Assembly (NCBI GenBank): GCA_013215095.1
Contig: JABSPM010000014.1
Span: 1 to 26,821 of the forward strand
Length of the DNA: 26,821 bases
Direction: 5' to 3'
Origin: Flavobacteriaceae bacterium
GTDB taxonomy: Bacteria; Bacteroidota; Bacteroidia; Flavobacteriales; Flavobacteriaceae
A program made the position numbers and the translations under genes. Shown here one piece after another: positions 1-10,233 of the stretch (positions within the stretch are counted from its first letter, which is position 1; every line of letters starts with the position of its first letter). The notes beneath the pieces are model-generated. The model saw only the letters and a program-made list of their open reading frames with translations. It was not told where the DNA came from and searched no databases.

Positions 1-1
1 G

Positions 2-181
2 TTAAACCCTTGTGAACAGGTATGGAAATATATAAAGGATAGCTACAAGAATAGCTGTTTTGATTCCCTAGAAAAGGTCAAAGATTGGCTACATGAATTT
101 GTGAAAAACATGGATGAAAATCTAATTAAATCAATAACTAGAAATTATCATTATATAAACGCTTTTATGCGAAATAATTAA
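2..181 (+). mobile_element. 3' end of an IS630/Tc1-family transposase CDS, 5' part outside the window. Translation is ...LNPCEQVWKYIKDSYKNSCFDSLEKVKDWLHEFVKNMDENLIKSITRNYHYINAFMRNN*
   Basis: Frame-2 translation from the window edge to the TAA at 179-181. The LNPxE..W..K motif with the third DDE catalytic residue is typical of IS630 C-termini. The stop is followed directly by adhesin-domain coding sequence. Confidence 0.5.
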
Positions 182-2410
182 ATTCAAATCGTATTAATTG
201 ATAGCGATTGCATAGATAACGTTCTAGTCACAAACGTTGTTGGAGGTAACTTCGGAAACACGGACCAGAGTTACGGCTATTTTGACGCTACAGGAAGTAC
301 TTTCCCTTTTGAGAGCGGCATTGTATTAAGCACTGGACGTCTCAATAATGTAGAAGGTCCCAATACCTATCTTAGCGATGACGATGCGACCAATTGGGTT
401 GGTGATGATGATTTAGAACAAACCCTCAACGAAACCAATACACTGAATGCAACACTTATAGAATTTGAATTTACTGCTATTGCAGATCACATTAGTTTTA
501 GGTACATTTTTGCCTCAGAAGAATATCAAGAAGGTAATGCCAATACTTGCAAATATTCTGATTTATTTGGTTTTTTAATTCGACCTCAAAATTCTCAACA
601 ATACACTAATATTGCATTAGTACCCAACACACAAACTCCAGTAAAAGTAACAACAGTACATTCTGGAATACCAGGAGCTTGTAACCCGATTAATGCGGCG
701 TATTTTGGAAGTTGGAACGATTCAAATGCACCAATAAATTTTAATGGCCAAACCACTATTCTTACAGCGAAAGCCCAAGTAGTGCCGAATGAAACGTATC
801 ATGTTAAGTTAGTCATTGCCGATGAAAAAAATTACCGTTATGACTCTGCTGTTTTTTTAGAAGCTGGAAGTTTTCAACTTACAACCGACTTGGGTCCAGA
901 TAGATTAATTGCGACAAATAATCCTATTTGTGAAAATACATTCCTAGATTTGGATGCATTTAATCCCAACGCTAACACTTATGAATGGTTTAAAGATGGT
1001 CAATTAATAACGGAAACTGATGCAGTTTATACAGTAACAACCCCTGGCACATATAATGTTGAAGTTACCTTAGATGATGGCTGTATTTCTTATGGAGAAG
1101 TCACTATTGAATATAGCTCCAATCCGACAACGTTTAACACGACTTTAAGTGCATGTGACAATAATCAAGACTTACTCGCCTCGTTTAATTTATGGGATGC
1201 CGTACCCGCAGTAACCAACAATAGTACAGAGCTACAAGTTTTAGGGTTTTATTTAAGCGCCACTGATGCCGAACTGGGTAGTAATAGCATTTCAAATCCT
1301 AATACGTATCAAAATACAACTCAAAACCAGATTGTTTTTGTAAGCGTTGCAAATGCTTTTGGTTGTACAACGGTCGCTGAGATACAATTATCTGCAACCT
1401 ACAACCCCTTAGATTTAGACACTTTCACAACCTGCGAAGATGACACTTATGACGGGATATCCACTTTTAATTTAAACGCATTGCAAACGGCTATTGAAGC
1501 ACAAATCTCTCTGCAAAATCCAACATTCTTATTTTACGAAACATTAAATGATGTTTATAACAACATTACTATTTCAGGAAATTACACAAACAATATCGCA
1601 TATGTACAACCTATTTATGTGAAAATTTCAGTTAATGGTCAATGTTATAGTTTGACAACGCTAGACTTAGAAGTATTAGATAGACCAATGCTAGAAACTG
1701 ATATTACCGCAGATGCCCCCATTTATTATTGTTTAAACAGTTCACCAGAAACAATTACACTTTATGCAAATGTGATCAATGATTTTCCTAACAACTACAC
1801 TTACCTCTGGAATACAGGCGCCACAACCTCATCAATAGAGATTAACTTACCTGGAACTTATAATGTTATTGTAACACATATTAACGGATGTTCGAATTCA
1901 CGATCAATTGTTGTTGCAGCTTCCAACGTTGCAACTATTGATGATGTTATAATTGAAGATGTATCTAGCAATAATACCATAACAATTATCGCTTCGGGAG
2001 AAGGTGATTATGAATATGCGCTTAATACCTATGACAACAGTTATCAGGATAGTGCATATTTTGAAAATATCACTTCTGGATTTCATACTATTTATGTAAG
2101 AGACAAAATTGGCTGTGGTTTAGTAGAACAACTTATTTCGGTGAGAGGATTCCCTAAATATTTTACACCAAATGCAGATGATATTAATGACACATGGCAT
2201 ATCAAAGGTATCAACAATGTATTTCATGAAGGCACAGTTATTCAAATTTTTAATCGTTATGGAAAACACATTACCACATTAAACAACTATTCTAGTGGTT
2301 GGGATGGTACATTAAATGGGAGCGCTTTAGCCTCTGATGATTATTGGTTTGTTGCAACCTTTAGTAATGGAAAAATGTATAAAGGTCATTTTAGCTTAAA
2401 ACGCGAATAA
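181..2410 (+). pseudogene. 5'-truncated adhesin gene with a choice-of-anchor-L N-terminal domain, Ig-like repeats and a C-terminal T9SS type B sorting domain. Likely interrupted by the upstream IS630 copy.
   Basis: The frame is open from 182 directly after the transposase stop, with no ATG/GTG/TTG until GTG at 782. The translation IQIVLIDSDCIDNVLVTNVVGGNFGNTDQSYGYFDATGSTFPFESGIVLSTG matches the choice-of-anchor-L domain. The C-terminus FPKYFTPNADDINDTWHIKGI...YWFVATFSNGKMYKGHFSLKRE matches the gliding-motility/T9SS type B CTD. The ORF-caller start at 782 is probably an artefact. Confidence 0.6.
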
Positions 2411-2590
2411 AACACAGTGCTTTTGGAGCGTACTCGATAACACTAAAAACACCTTTACACATAATTATCAAAGGATTATTTTTTTTACAGTATAAAAAAC
2501 ATACCTGATCATCATACATTGGTTCCATACATTGGTTCATAAAATAAAACGAAACATTAAAACCACCCAAGTTTTCCTTAATTTTGCATT

Positions 2591-4594
2591 ATGCGTTTTA
2601 AAATTGAATCCAAATTTCAGCCCACTGGAGACCAACCCTCTGCCATAAAACAATTAGTGCAAGGCATTGAAACTAATCAGCAATATCAAACCCTATTAGG
2701 TGTTACTGGCTCTGGAAAAACATTTACCGTCGCCAATGTGATTAAAGACGTACAGCGTCCGACTTTAGTATTAGCGCATAACAAAACATTAGCCGCACAA
2801 TTATATTCGGAGTTCAAGCAATTTTTCCCCGATAACGCTGTAGAATACTTTGTATCCTACTATGATTATTATCAACCCGAAGCTTATATTCCTGTTACAG
2901 GAACCTACATAGAAAAGGATTTATCTATTAATGAAGAAATTGAGAAACTACGTTTGAGCGCTACCTCCTCCCTATTATCAGGACGTAGAGACGTTCTTGT
3001 GGTAGCTTCGGTTTCCTGTTTATATGGTATTGGAAACCCTATTGAATTCCAAAAAAATGTAATTACTATTGAACGTGACCAAATCATTTCTAGAACACAA
3101 TTACTGCATCGTTTAGTCCAAAGTTTATACGCTCGTACTGAAGCAGAGTTTAATCATGGGAATTTTAGAATTAAAGGGGATACTATTGATATCTTTCCTA
3201 GCTATGCTGATAATGCCTTTAGAATTCATTTTTTTGGTGATGAAATCGAAGAAATTGAAGCTTTCAATATCAATACCAATGACGTGATTGAAAGATACGA
3301 CAGACTAAATATCTATCCAGCTAATATGTTTGTTACTTCTCCTGAAGTTCTAAAGGATGCTATTAAAGATATTCAAGATGATTTGGTAAAACAACACGAT
3401 TATTTTAAAGATATTGGCAAGCATTTGGAAGCAAAACGTTTAAAAGAACGTACAGAATTTGATTTAGAGATGATTCGTGAATTGGGCTATTGCTCCGGAA
3501 TAGAAAACTACTCAAGGTATTTGGATGGTAGAAAGCCAGGAACGCGTCCTTTCTGTTTATTGGATTATTTCCCAAATGATTATCTCATGGTAGTTGACGA
3601 GAGCCACGTAACCATTTCTCAAGTTCATGCCATGTATGGTGGTGATCGCAGTCGCAAAGAAAACTTAGTAGAATATGGTTTTCGCTTACCTGCTGCTATG
3701 GATAATAGGCCTTTAAAATTTGAAGAGTTTGAAGCGTTACAAAATCAGGTTATTTATGTTAGTGCAACACCTGCAGATTACGAATTAGAAAAAACAGATG
3801 GTGTTTACGTGGAACAAGTGATACGTCCAACAGGGTTATTAGATCCTATAATTGAAGTGCGACCTAGTTTAAATCAAATTGATGATCTCATTGAAGAAAT
3901 TCAAATTCGTGTAGAAAAGGATGAACGTACCTTGGTTACTACTTTAACCAAACGTATGGCTGAAGAACTCAGCAAATACTTAGCACGTATTCAAATTAGA
4001 GTGCGTTATATTCATAGTGATGTGGACACCTTAGAGCGTGTAGAAATTATGCAAGATTTGCGCAAAGGTCTATTTGATGTGCTCGTTGGTGTAAACCTAT
4101 TGAGAGAGGGCTTAGATCTACCCGAAGTTTCATTGGTAGCCATATTAGATGCAGATAAAGAAGGATTTTTACGTTCTGCAAGATCTCTAACACAAACCGT
4201 TGGTAGAGCCGCTCGTAACTTAAATGGTAGCGCTATTATGTATGCTGACAAAGTTACTAAAAGCATGCAAAAAACTATTGATGAAACCAATTATAGAAGG
4301 GAAAAACAGGTTAATTATAATACTGCAAACAACATTGTTCCAAAGGCATTGAACAAAAGCCTTGATAATGCATTAACGCAAAATTCGGTAAGTACTTATC
4401 ATTATGAGCAAGAAGCTTTAAAAGCTGCGGAACCAGAAAGTGATTATTTAAGTAAACCGCAATTAGAGCAAAAAATAAAAACGACACGAAAACTTATGGA
4501 AGTCGCTGCAAAAGAACTAGATTTTATGAAAGCCGCACAATTAAGAGATCAAATAAAAGTTTATCAAGAAAAGTTAGAAACTTTAAAAGCGTAA
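2591..4594 (+). CDS. uvrB: Excinuclease ABC subunit B (UvrB)
   Basis: 667 aa. The N-terminus has [10 protein letters not shown] and the Walker [10 protein letters not shown]. Helicase motifs are DESHVT and the VGRAARN region. The C-terminal UvrB/UvrC interaction region is [11 protein letters not shown]. Confidence 0.95.
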   Translation: MRFKIESKFQPTGDQPSAIKQLVQGIETNQQYQTLLGVTGSGKTFTVANVIKDVQRPTLVLAHNKTLAAQLYSEFKQFFPDNAVEYFVSYYDYYQPEAYIPVTGTYIEKDLSINEEIEKLRLSATSSLLSGRRDVLVVASVSCLYGIGNPIEFQKNVITIERDQIISRTQLLHRLVQSLYARTEAEFNHGNFRIKGDTIDIFPSYADNAFRIHFFGDEIEEIEAFNINTNDVIERYDRLNIYPANMFVTSPEVLKDAIKDIQDDLVKQHDYFKDIGKHLEAKRLKERTEFDLEMIRELGYCSGIENYSRYLDGRKPGTRPFCLLDYFPNDYLMVVDESHVTISQVHAMYGGDRSRKENLVEYGFRLPAAMDNRPLKFEEFEALQNQVIYVSATPADYELEKTDGVYVEQVIRPTGLLDPIIEVRPSLNQIDDLIEEIQIRVEKDERTLVTTLTKRMAEELSKYLARIQIRVRYIHSDVDTLERVEIMQDLRKGLFDVLVGVNLLREGLDLPEVSLVAILDADKEGFLRSARSLTQTVGRAARNLNGSAIMYADKVTKSMQKTIDETNYRREKQVNYNTANNIVPKALNKSLDNALTQNSVSTYHYEQEALKAAEPESDYLSKPQLEQKIKTTRKLMEVAAKELDFMKAAQLRDQIKVYQEKLETLKA

Positions 4595-4744
4595 ATTTAA
4601 GCTCGTCGCTAAATTCAAGATTAAAAAAACACACAAGTTATGAGAATATAACAATCAATTCAAATAATGCCATTATAAAATAAACACTGTTACTCTACAG
4701 TTTTGTTTTAACCAATATTTCACCCTATTCAATACTAAAATAAC

Positions 4745-4886
4745 ACCATTTTCCATTTGAAAAGTACCGTAAAGAAAAAGATGATTTTTTCTATATACCA
4801 AGTAGAATATGAAAGTATAGTCGCAGCTAAGGGGCTTTTTTTTAACTAAAAGAGAAAAGGGCATTTTATTGAAGTTATTTAAAATG
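4745..4886 (-). repeat. Copy C of a small intergenic repeat family (MITE-like), reverse orientation, with an internal insertion
   Basis: The reverse complement of 4858-4886 reads cattttaaataacttcaataaaatgccc. This matches ATTTGAAATGACTTGAGTAAAACGCAAT of copy A. The reverse complement of 4745-4798 matches the 3' half of copy A (CGGTACTTTCAAATGGAAAATG). Confidence 0.5.
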
Positions 4887-4932
4887 TAAAATTGCACAAC
4901 TACCAATTTACGGTGGATTCTAGATTTAAACG

Positions 4933-4971
4933 CAAAAAAAAAGAGTAGTGCCATATACACTACTCTTTTTA
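4933..4971. terminator. Bidirectional rho-independent terminator between convergent uvrB and sucC
   Basis: The stem aaagagtagtg / cactactcttt has a 7-nt loop. It is flanked by an A-run on the 5' side and a T-run on the 3' side. Confidence 0.6.
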
Positions 4972-5011
4972 ATATATCTTTTGAAAGTTATATTCTTTAA
5001 CTTATCATTAC

Positions 5012-6205
5012 TTACCCAACTACAGCTTGAACTTTATCAGCTGCTTCTTGGAATTCTACTGCGCTCTGTACATCTAATCCAGACCCATCAATTAATTCCT
5101 TAGCAATATCTGCATTAGTACCTTGTAAGCGTACAATAATAGGAACATTAATAGCGTCTCCCATATTTTTATAGGCATCTATTACACCTTGCGCTACTCT
5201 ATCACAGCGTACAATACCTCCAAAAATATTTATTAATATGGCCTTAACATTAGGATCTTTTAATATAATTTTGAAAGCAGCCTCTACCCTTGCAGCATCT
5301 GCAGTACCCCCAACATCTAAGAAGTTAGCTGGCTCTCCACCTGCTTGCTTAATTAAATCCATAGTAGCCATTGCCAAACCAGCACCATTTACCATACAAC
5401 CTACATTTCCATCTAAGTCTACATAGTTAAGTCCTAATTCTCCTGCTTCAACCTCAATTGGGTTCTCTTCACGCTTATCTCTTAATTCTGCTAAATCTTT
5501 ATGTCTGTATAAGGCATTATCATCTAAAGTGACTTTAGAATCTACTGCCATAATTTTATCATCACTTGTTTTTAAAACAGGATTAATTTCAAATAAAGAG
5601 GCATCAGACTTCACATAAGCTGTATATAAAGCAGAAACAAACTTGGTCATTTCTTTAAACGCTATACCAGATAATCCTAGGTTAAAAGCAACACGACGCG
5701 CTTGGAACGGTAAAAGTCCTAATGCAGGATCCACTTCTTCTGTGAAAATCAAATGTGGTGTTTCTTCTGCAACTTGCTCAATATCCATTCCTCCTTCGGT
5801 AGAATACATAATCATGTTTTTACCCGTACCTCTATTTAAAAGTACAGACATATAGTATTCCTCGGGCTCATTATCCCCTGGGTAATACACATCTTCAGCT
5901 ATTAATACTTGGTGTACCTTTTTACCTTCTGCAGAAGTTTGAGGTGTTACCAAATTCATCCCAATGATTTGATCTGCTAATGTCTTTACATCGTCTAAAC
6001 TCTTAGCCAGTTTAACTCCGCCACCTTTTCCACGTCCACCAGCATGAACCTGAGCTTTAATAACATGCCAACCTGTGCCTGTTTCTTCAGTTAATTTCTT
6101 AGCTGCTTCTACAGCTTCATCAGCACTTTGAGCAACAATTCCACGTTGAATGCGTACTCCAAAACTGCTTAGTAATTCTTTTCCTTGATATTCGTGTAAA
6201 TTCAT
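5012..6205 (-). CDS. sucC: Succinate--CoA ligase (ADP-forming) beta subunit
   Basis: 397 aa. Begins MNLHEYQGKELL, with an ATP-grasp domain and a C-terminal CoA-ligase domain (GGIVRCD). Confidence 0.93.
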   Translation of the reverse strand: MNLHEYQGKELLSSFGVRIQRGIVAQSADEAVEAAKKLTEETGTGWHVIKAQVHAGGRGKGGGVKLAKSLDDVKTLADQIIGMNLVTPQTSAEGKKVHQVLIAEDVYYPGDNEPEEYYMSVLLNRGTGKNMIMYSTEGGMDIEQVAEETPHLIFTEEVDPALGLLPFQARRVAFNLGLSGIAFKEMTKFVSALYTAYVKSDASLFEINPVLKTSDDKIMAVDSKVTLDDNALYRHKDLAELRDKREENPIEVEAGELGLNYVDLDGNVGCMVNGAGLAMATMDLIKQAGGEPANFLDVGGTADAARVEAAFKIILKDPNVKAILINIFGGIVRCDRVAQGVIDAYKNMGDAINVPIIVRLQGTNADIAKELIDGSGLDVQSAVEFQEAADKVQAVVG

Positions 6206-6418
6206 GTTTTGTGAAATCTAAATTTTGCACCACAAATGTAAACAACCTTAACCTTTAAACCAATTCTTTTTTAGAGAGTTTATAATCATGTTTCAATTTA
6301 TTACGATTGCTTCTATATTTTTTCATTTTAGTACTTCAAAAACAAAATTACTTTCTAATTTTAGCGCTCATTATTTAAAAAAAATAACAACTATGAATAC
6401 CTTATTAATCTAAAAACC

Positions 6419-7624
6419 ATGGAAACAAAAACTTTATTAAAGATTGCTAATGCATACGAAAGCCCAATTTATGTGTACGACGCACATAAAATTGAAACAC
6501 AATATAAACGTTTAACCGCAGCCTTTAATAAAGTCAAACAGATAAAAATTAACTATGCAGTTAAAGCCTTATCCAATATTTCGGTTTTAAAATTCATAAA
6601 ATCTCTTGGCGCAGGCTTAGATACTGTTTCTATCCAAGAAGTAAAATTAGGCCTAACCGCAGGGTTTACCCCAAAAGACATCATCTTTACGCCAAACGGT
6701 GTCGCTTTTGAAGAAATAGAAACCGCAGCGAAATTGGGAGTTCAAATCAACATTGACAATCTAGATATTCTAGAACAATTTGGTAGTAAATATCCAAAAA
6801 TCCCTGTATGTATTCGTATAAATCCACATGTGATGGCTGGAGGAAATACAAATATTTCTGTAGGGCATATTGACTCTAAATTTGGCATTTCTATTCATCA
6901 AATTCCACATATTTTAAGAATAGTAGACAATACAGCAATGACTATTAACGGGATTCATATGCATACTGGGAGTGACATTCTGGATATAGATGTCTTTCTT
7001 TATGCTAGTGAAATTTTATTTGATACAGCTAAACATTTTTCAGACTTGGAGTTTATTGATTTTGGATCTGGATTTAAAGTACCCTATAAAACAGGAGATA
7101 TTGCAACTAATATTGAAGAATTTGGAGATAAACTCACGAAGCGTTTTAAAATATTTTGTAAAAATTACGGTAAAGAACTTACCTTGGCTTTTGAACCTGG
7201 GAAGTTTTTAGTGAGCGAAGCTGGTTATTTCCTAGCTCGCGTTAACGCTATAAAACAAACAACTTCAACGGTTTTCGCTCAAGTAGATAGCGGTTTTAAT
7301 CATTTTATACGTCCAATGCTTTATGGTGCACAGCATGAAATTACAAATATTTCTAACCCTAATGGCAAACAGCGATTTTACTCTGTTGTAGGGTATATAT
7401 GCGAAACTGACACTTTTGCAAATAATAAGCGTATTAATGAAATTACAGAAGGTGATATACTCGCTTTTAGAAATGCTGGAGCCTATTGCTTTACGATGTC
7501 TAGCAATTACAATTCGAGATATCGTCCAGCTGAAGTGCTATGGTATAAAGACAAGGCGCATTTGATTCGTAAACGCGAAACCTTTGAAGACTTATTAGCC
7601 AATCAAATCGAGATTTCATTATAA
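6419..7624 (+). CDS. lysA: Diaminopimelate decarboxylase (Orn/DAP/Arg decarboxylase family 2)
   Basis: 401 aa. Contains the PLP-binding YAVKA motif, GAGLDTVS, and the C-terminal NAGAYCFTMSSNYNSRYRPAEVL typical of LysA. Confidence 0.8.
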   Translation: METKTLLKIANAYESPIYVYDAHKIETQYKRLTAAFNKVKQIKINYAVKALSNISVLKFIKSLGAGLDTVSIQEVKLGLTAGFTPKDIIFTPNGVAFEEIETAAKLGVQINIDNLDILEQFGSKYPKIPVCIRINPHVMAGGNTNISVGHIDSKFGISIHQIPHILRIVDNTAMTINGIHMHTGSDILDIDVFLYASEILFDTAKHFSDLEFIDFGSGFKVPYKTGDIATNIEEFGDKLTKRFKIFCKNYGKELTLAFEPGKFLVSEAGYFLARVNAIKQTTSTVFAQVDSGFNHFIRPMLYGAQHEITNISNPNGKQRFYSVVGYICETDTFANNKRINEITEGDILAFRNAGAYCFTMSSNYNSRYRPAEVLWYKDKAHLIRKRETFEDLLANQIEISL

Positions 7625-7628
7625 CTAA

Positions 7629-7658
7629 AAAGGCATCAATTTATTTTGATGCTTTTTT
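7629..7658 (+). terminator. Rho-independent terminator after lysA
   Basis: aaggcatcaa-tttatt-ttgatgctttttt. The stem has one mismatch and is followed by a T6 run. Confidence 0.55.
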
Positions 7659-8028
7659 CATCTATTTGTTACATTATAAATTTCATTAACTCATGTTGTA
7701 CATTACAAAAAAGTAGCTCTTAATAGGAGATGGTATTACGCAACACAATGAAACAGACTAACCTTTTTGGTATTTTGATATGTCTAAAATTGTTTTATAG
7801 CCATCAAAATGCTCAAAAATGAATTTGAAGCAGACCATATATTAAAACCTTAGCTTACTATAACTATTCCACTACCCAAAAACTCACTATAATAAGACAA
7901 TATATTGCTTTTTAAAACGCTTATTTTCAGTTGTTAAGACGAAATAAGTCATACGTATCTCTCCGTCTAAACCATCTTGACATGCTTTGTGCCTAAGCTT
8001 ATTTTTGATTTTTTAAAAATTAGAAATT

Positions 8029-8235
8029 ATGTTAGCTTTAGATAGTAGTTTTAAATTTGAGTTGTATTTGGGTCCAACGGATATGCGTAAAAGTTTTGAT
8101 AGTTTATACGTAATTGTTTCAAGTGACTTATCAGGTTTTCTTGCAGATGATACGGTTTATATTTTTGTAAATCGTCTTCATAATAAGGTGAAATTATTAC
8201 AATGGCGCGTAGGAGGTTTAGAAAGTTATTGTTAT
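8029..8235 (+). pseudogene. Remnant of IS66-family accessory protein TnpB (orf2). N-terminal ~65 aa only, 3'-truncated.
   Basis: MLALDSSFKFELYLGPTDMRKSFDSLYVIVSSDLSGFLADDTVYIFVNRLHNKVKLLQWRVGG aligns with IS66 TnpB (M.P.PSG.K.YLA.GVTDMRKGFDGL...LYVF.NRR.D.LKILWHDGQG). Homology is lost at ~8225, where the convergent T9SS gene ends. No tnpC follows. Confidence 0.55.
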
Positions 8236-9005
8236 TTATTCTTTATAAATTTAATTACAGTTCCGTTATCAAGTTTTAAAACGTATAAACCTTGTGTAAA
8301 GTTTCTAACATCAATTTGTTCATTATTGTTCATGCTCCCGATTTTTACTTGAGCACCTAAAACATTAACTATGTTGTAACCTAAACGTTTATTCAAACCT
8401 GAAATTTGAATAAAATCACTAGACGGATTTGGAAATAGTTTTACGTGATTACCAAAAGAAAAGGTATTGGTTGATAGTCCTTCTCCGGCAGAAAAAGCAA
8501 TTTCTGCAAATCCAGTATTATCTCCTCCATGATTACTGTTTATTACCATTCTAATAAATGCTGCATTAACGGCAGTAAAATTAAAAACTTCAGGAGGCGC
8601 AAGACCAACCATAACTTCAGCAAAATTAGTAGGTGCTCCTGGTATTTCAGTATAACTAACACCATCCATTGAGGATAGAAATGTGACACTATTTACACCC
8701 ATATTAGTGAAAGGGCCACCTAAGTTTTGATTCCAAAAGGCAATACCATCAATATCATAAATACCACCTAAATCAAAATCAATATATCCAGTTGTTTCAA
8801 CTGCTATGAAAGAATTAAGAGGTGTAGTACTGAGGTGATTTGCAGAAAGACTTGGAAAGGTTTCTAATCCTGTCCCGTTATAGACGAACTCAAGATGAGT
8901 ACTAAAATTCGCTGATAAGTTTGTCGTTGCTGACGTTGGATTAACAATTTGGCTGTATGCCAAATTCCAGCATAAAAAAGTCATTAAAATGTAAAGTCGT
9001 TTCAT
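8232..9005 (-). CDS. Secreted protein with an N-terminal signal peptide and a C-terminal T9SS type A (Por) sorting domain
   Basis: Signal peptide MKRLYILMTFLCWNLAYSQ. The C-terminus VKLFPNPSSDFIQISGL...GLYVLKLDNGTVIKFIKNK matches the TIGR04183-type CTD. The middle domain is unassigned. Confidence 0.8.
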   Translation of the reverse strand: MKRLYILMTFLCWNLAYSQIVNPTSATTNLSANFSTHLEFVYNGTGLETFPSLSANHLSTTPLNSFIAVETTGYIDFDLGGIYDIDGIAFWNQNLGGPFTNMGVNSVTFLSSMDGVSYTEIPGAPTNFAEVMVGLAPPEVFNFTAVNAAFIRMVINSNHGGDNTGFAEIAFSAGEGLSTNTFSFGNHVKLFPNPSSDFIQISGLNKRLGYNIVNVLGAQVKIGSMNNNEQIDVRNFTQGLYVLKLDNGTVIKFIKNK

Positions 9006-9372
9006 CTATATATAATTTAAATTTAAGAGTTCTGTATGATTCATAACTAGAGACTAGATGTTCCTTTAACCTCCCTTGTTTACAATCTCATTTCAAAATC
9101 CAAAAAAAACTAAAGCTATTATATAGTTTAAAACCTGTAACACCATTTTTAAGTCGTTTGTTTTTTTTGGGGCATTTTTTAGTTTGTCGTATTTCAGCTA
9201 CCGTATATAGTAGGGTTAACTTATTATGAAGAAGCTGATGCGTACTGACTTATGTTACATGTTCCGAAATATAAGAAAACACATCCGAATAGCAAAATCA
9301 CATATAAAATATCTCACTAGCAAATTATAAACTGTAATCAAATAAGTTTTTTTTAAAATGCCCCTATTTTTA

Positions 9373-9472
9373 ATTTGAAATGACTTGAGTAAAACGCAAT
9401 TTTGGCCTTATATCTTTTAGTATAAAGAAAAAAAATATCTTTTCCATTTGCGGTACTTTCAAATGGAAAATG
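9373..9472 (+). repeat. Copy A of the intergenic repeat family, ~100 bp, with short terminal inverted repeats (ATTTGAAAT ... TTTCAAATGGAAAATG)
   Basis: Reads ATTTGAAATGACTTGAGTAAAACGCAAT ... TTTTAGTATAAAGAAAAAAAATATCTTTTCCATTTGCGGTACTTTCAAATGGAAAATG. Contains an 8-bp hairpin tccatttg/caaatgga. Lies ~420 bp upstream of the cold-shock gene. Confidence 0.5.
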
Positions 9473-9795
9473 ATATAAATACAAAATGACACATAATTAT
9501 ATAAGCACCGTCTCGTCATTACCTATCATTTTGTAAAAAACACATTAAAACATGCAATCATCTACGAAATATTATTGCTCTTTATCAACTTTTACACACG
9601 ATAAAACGCAGCTATAAAGCCTAGATAATTCCCTTTATTATCAGAACATATCGCGAAAAAATTATAGGTGTTTTAGGTATCACAAATGATTATAACCTCT
9701 TGATAAAACTAATTTTACTAAAATTTAATCCATAATTTGGCAAAAGCCACATAATTAATATTACCTTTACGCCATTAAATTTTATTACAAACATA

Positions 9796-9987
9796 GTGAA
9801 CACAGGAACAGTAAAATTCTTCAATGATTCTAAAGGATATGGATTCATTACTGAAGAAGGTTCAAATTCAGAGTACTTTGTACACATCTCTGGTCTAATA
9901 GACGAGGTTAGACAAGGTGATGCTGTTGAATTTGAATTAAAAGAAGGTAAAAAAGGAATGAACGCAGTAAACGTTAAAGTTATTTAA
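9796..9987 (+). CDS. Cold-shock protein (CspA family)
   Basis: 63 aa. GTVKFFNDSKGYGFI (RNP1-like) and VHISGL motifs. GTG start, with a long AT-rich upstream region. Confidence 0.85.
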   Translation: MNTGTVKFFNDSKGYGFITEEGSNSEYFVHISGLIDEVRQGDAVEFELKEGKKGMNAVNVKVI

Positions 9988-10012
9988 TATACAGCATTAT
10001 TTTTTTAGATCT

Positions 10013-10046
10013 AAAAAAAGCCTATCCTACTGGATAGGCTTTTTAT
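10013..10046. terminator. Strong rho-independent terminator after the cold-shock gene. A-run then T-run, so possibly bidirectional.
   Basis: aaaaaaagcctatcc-tact-ggataggcttttt. A 9-bp GC-containing stem. Confidence 0.7.
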
Positions 10047-10083
10047 TATATTTTAATAACATTTACATCGTACAATATTTTAC

Positions 10084-10230
10084 ATTTGAAATGATTTGAA
10101 TAAAACACCCTTTACTGCGTTCTCTTTCAGTATAAAAAGAAACCGAAGCTAAGGTTATGTTTTCATATTATACCTTATATAAAGAAAAAAAATAATTCTT
10201 TTGTTTTACGGCACTTTCAAATTCAAAATA
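10084..10230 (+). repeat. Copy B of the intergenic repeat family, with a ~40-bp internal insertion
   Basis: ATTTGAAATGATTTGAATAAAACACCC ... CTCTTTCAGTATAAAAAGA ... ATAAAGAAAAAAAATAATTCTTTTGTTTTACGGCACTTTCAAATTCAAAATAG. Collinear with copy A. Confidence 0.5.
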
Positions 10231-10233
10231 GTT

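Noticed and set aside
782-2410. ORF-caller start (GTG at 782) for the adhesin gene
   Set aside because: The frame is open, and homologous to the choice-of-anchor-L domain, for 600 nt upstream back to the transposase stop. The GTG is an internal Val codon, not a genuine start.
4673-4960. 95-aa minus-strand ORF between uvrB and sucC
   Set aside because: AT-rich low-complexity translation that overlaps repeat copy C and the bidirectional terminator. No coding signal.
5012-7624. sucC without an adjacent sucD; lysA next to a saccharopine-dehydrogenase-like gene as a lysine-metabolism island
   Set aside because: Split sucC/sucD is usual in Bacteroidota. lysA and the oxidoreductase are separated by IS debris, a T9SS gene and csp, so no operonic link.
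10201-10232. Possible sigma-54 (-24/-12) element in the repeat 3' half (GGCACTTTCAAATTC)
   Set aside because: Spacing and the -12 element do not fit GG-N10-GC. Other copies have GGTAC.
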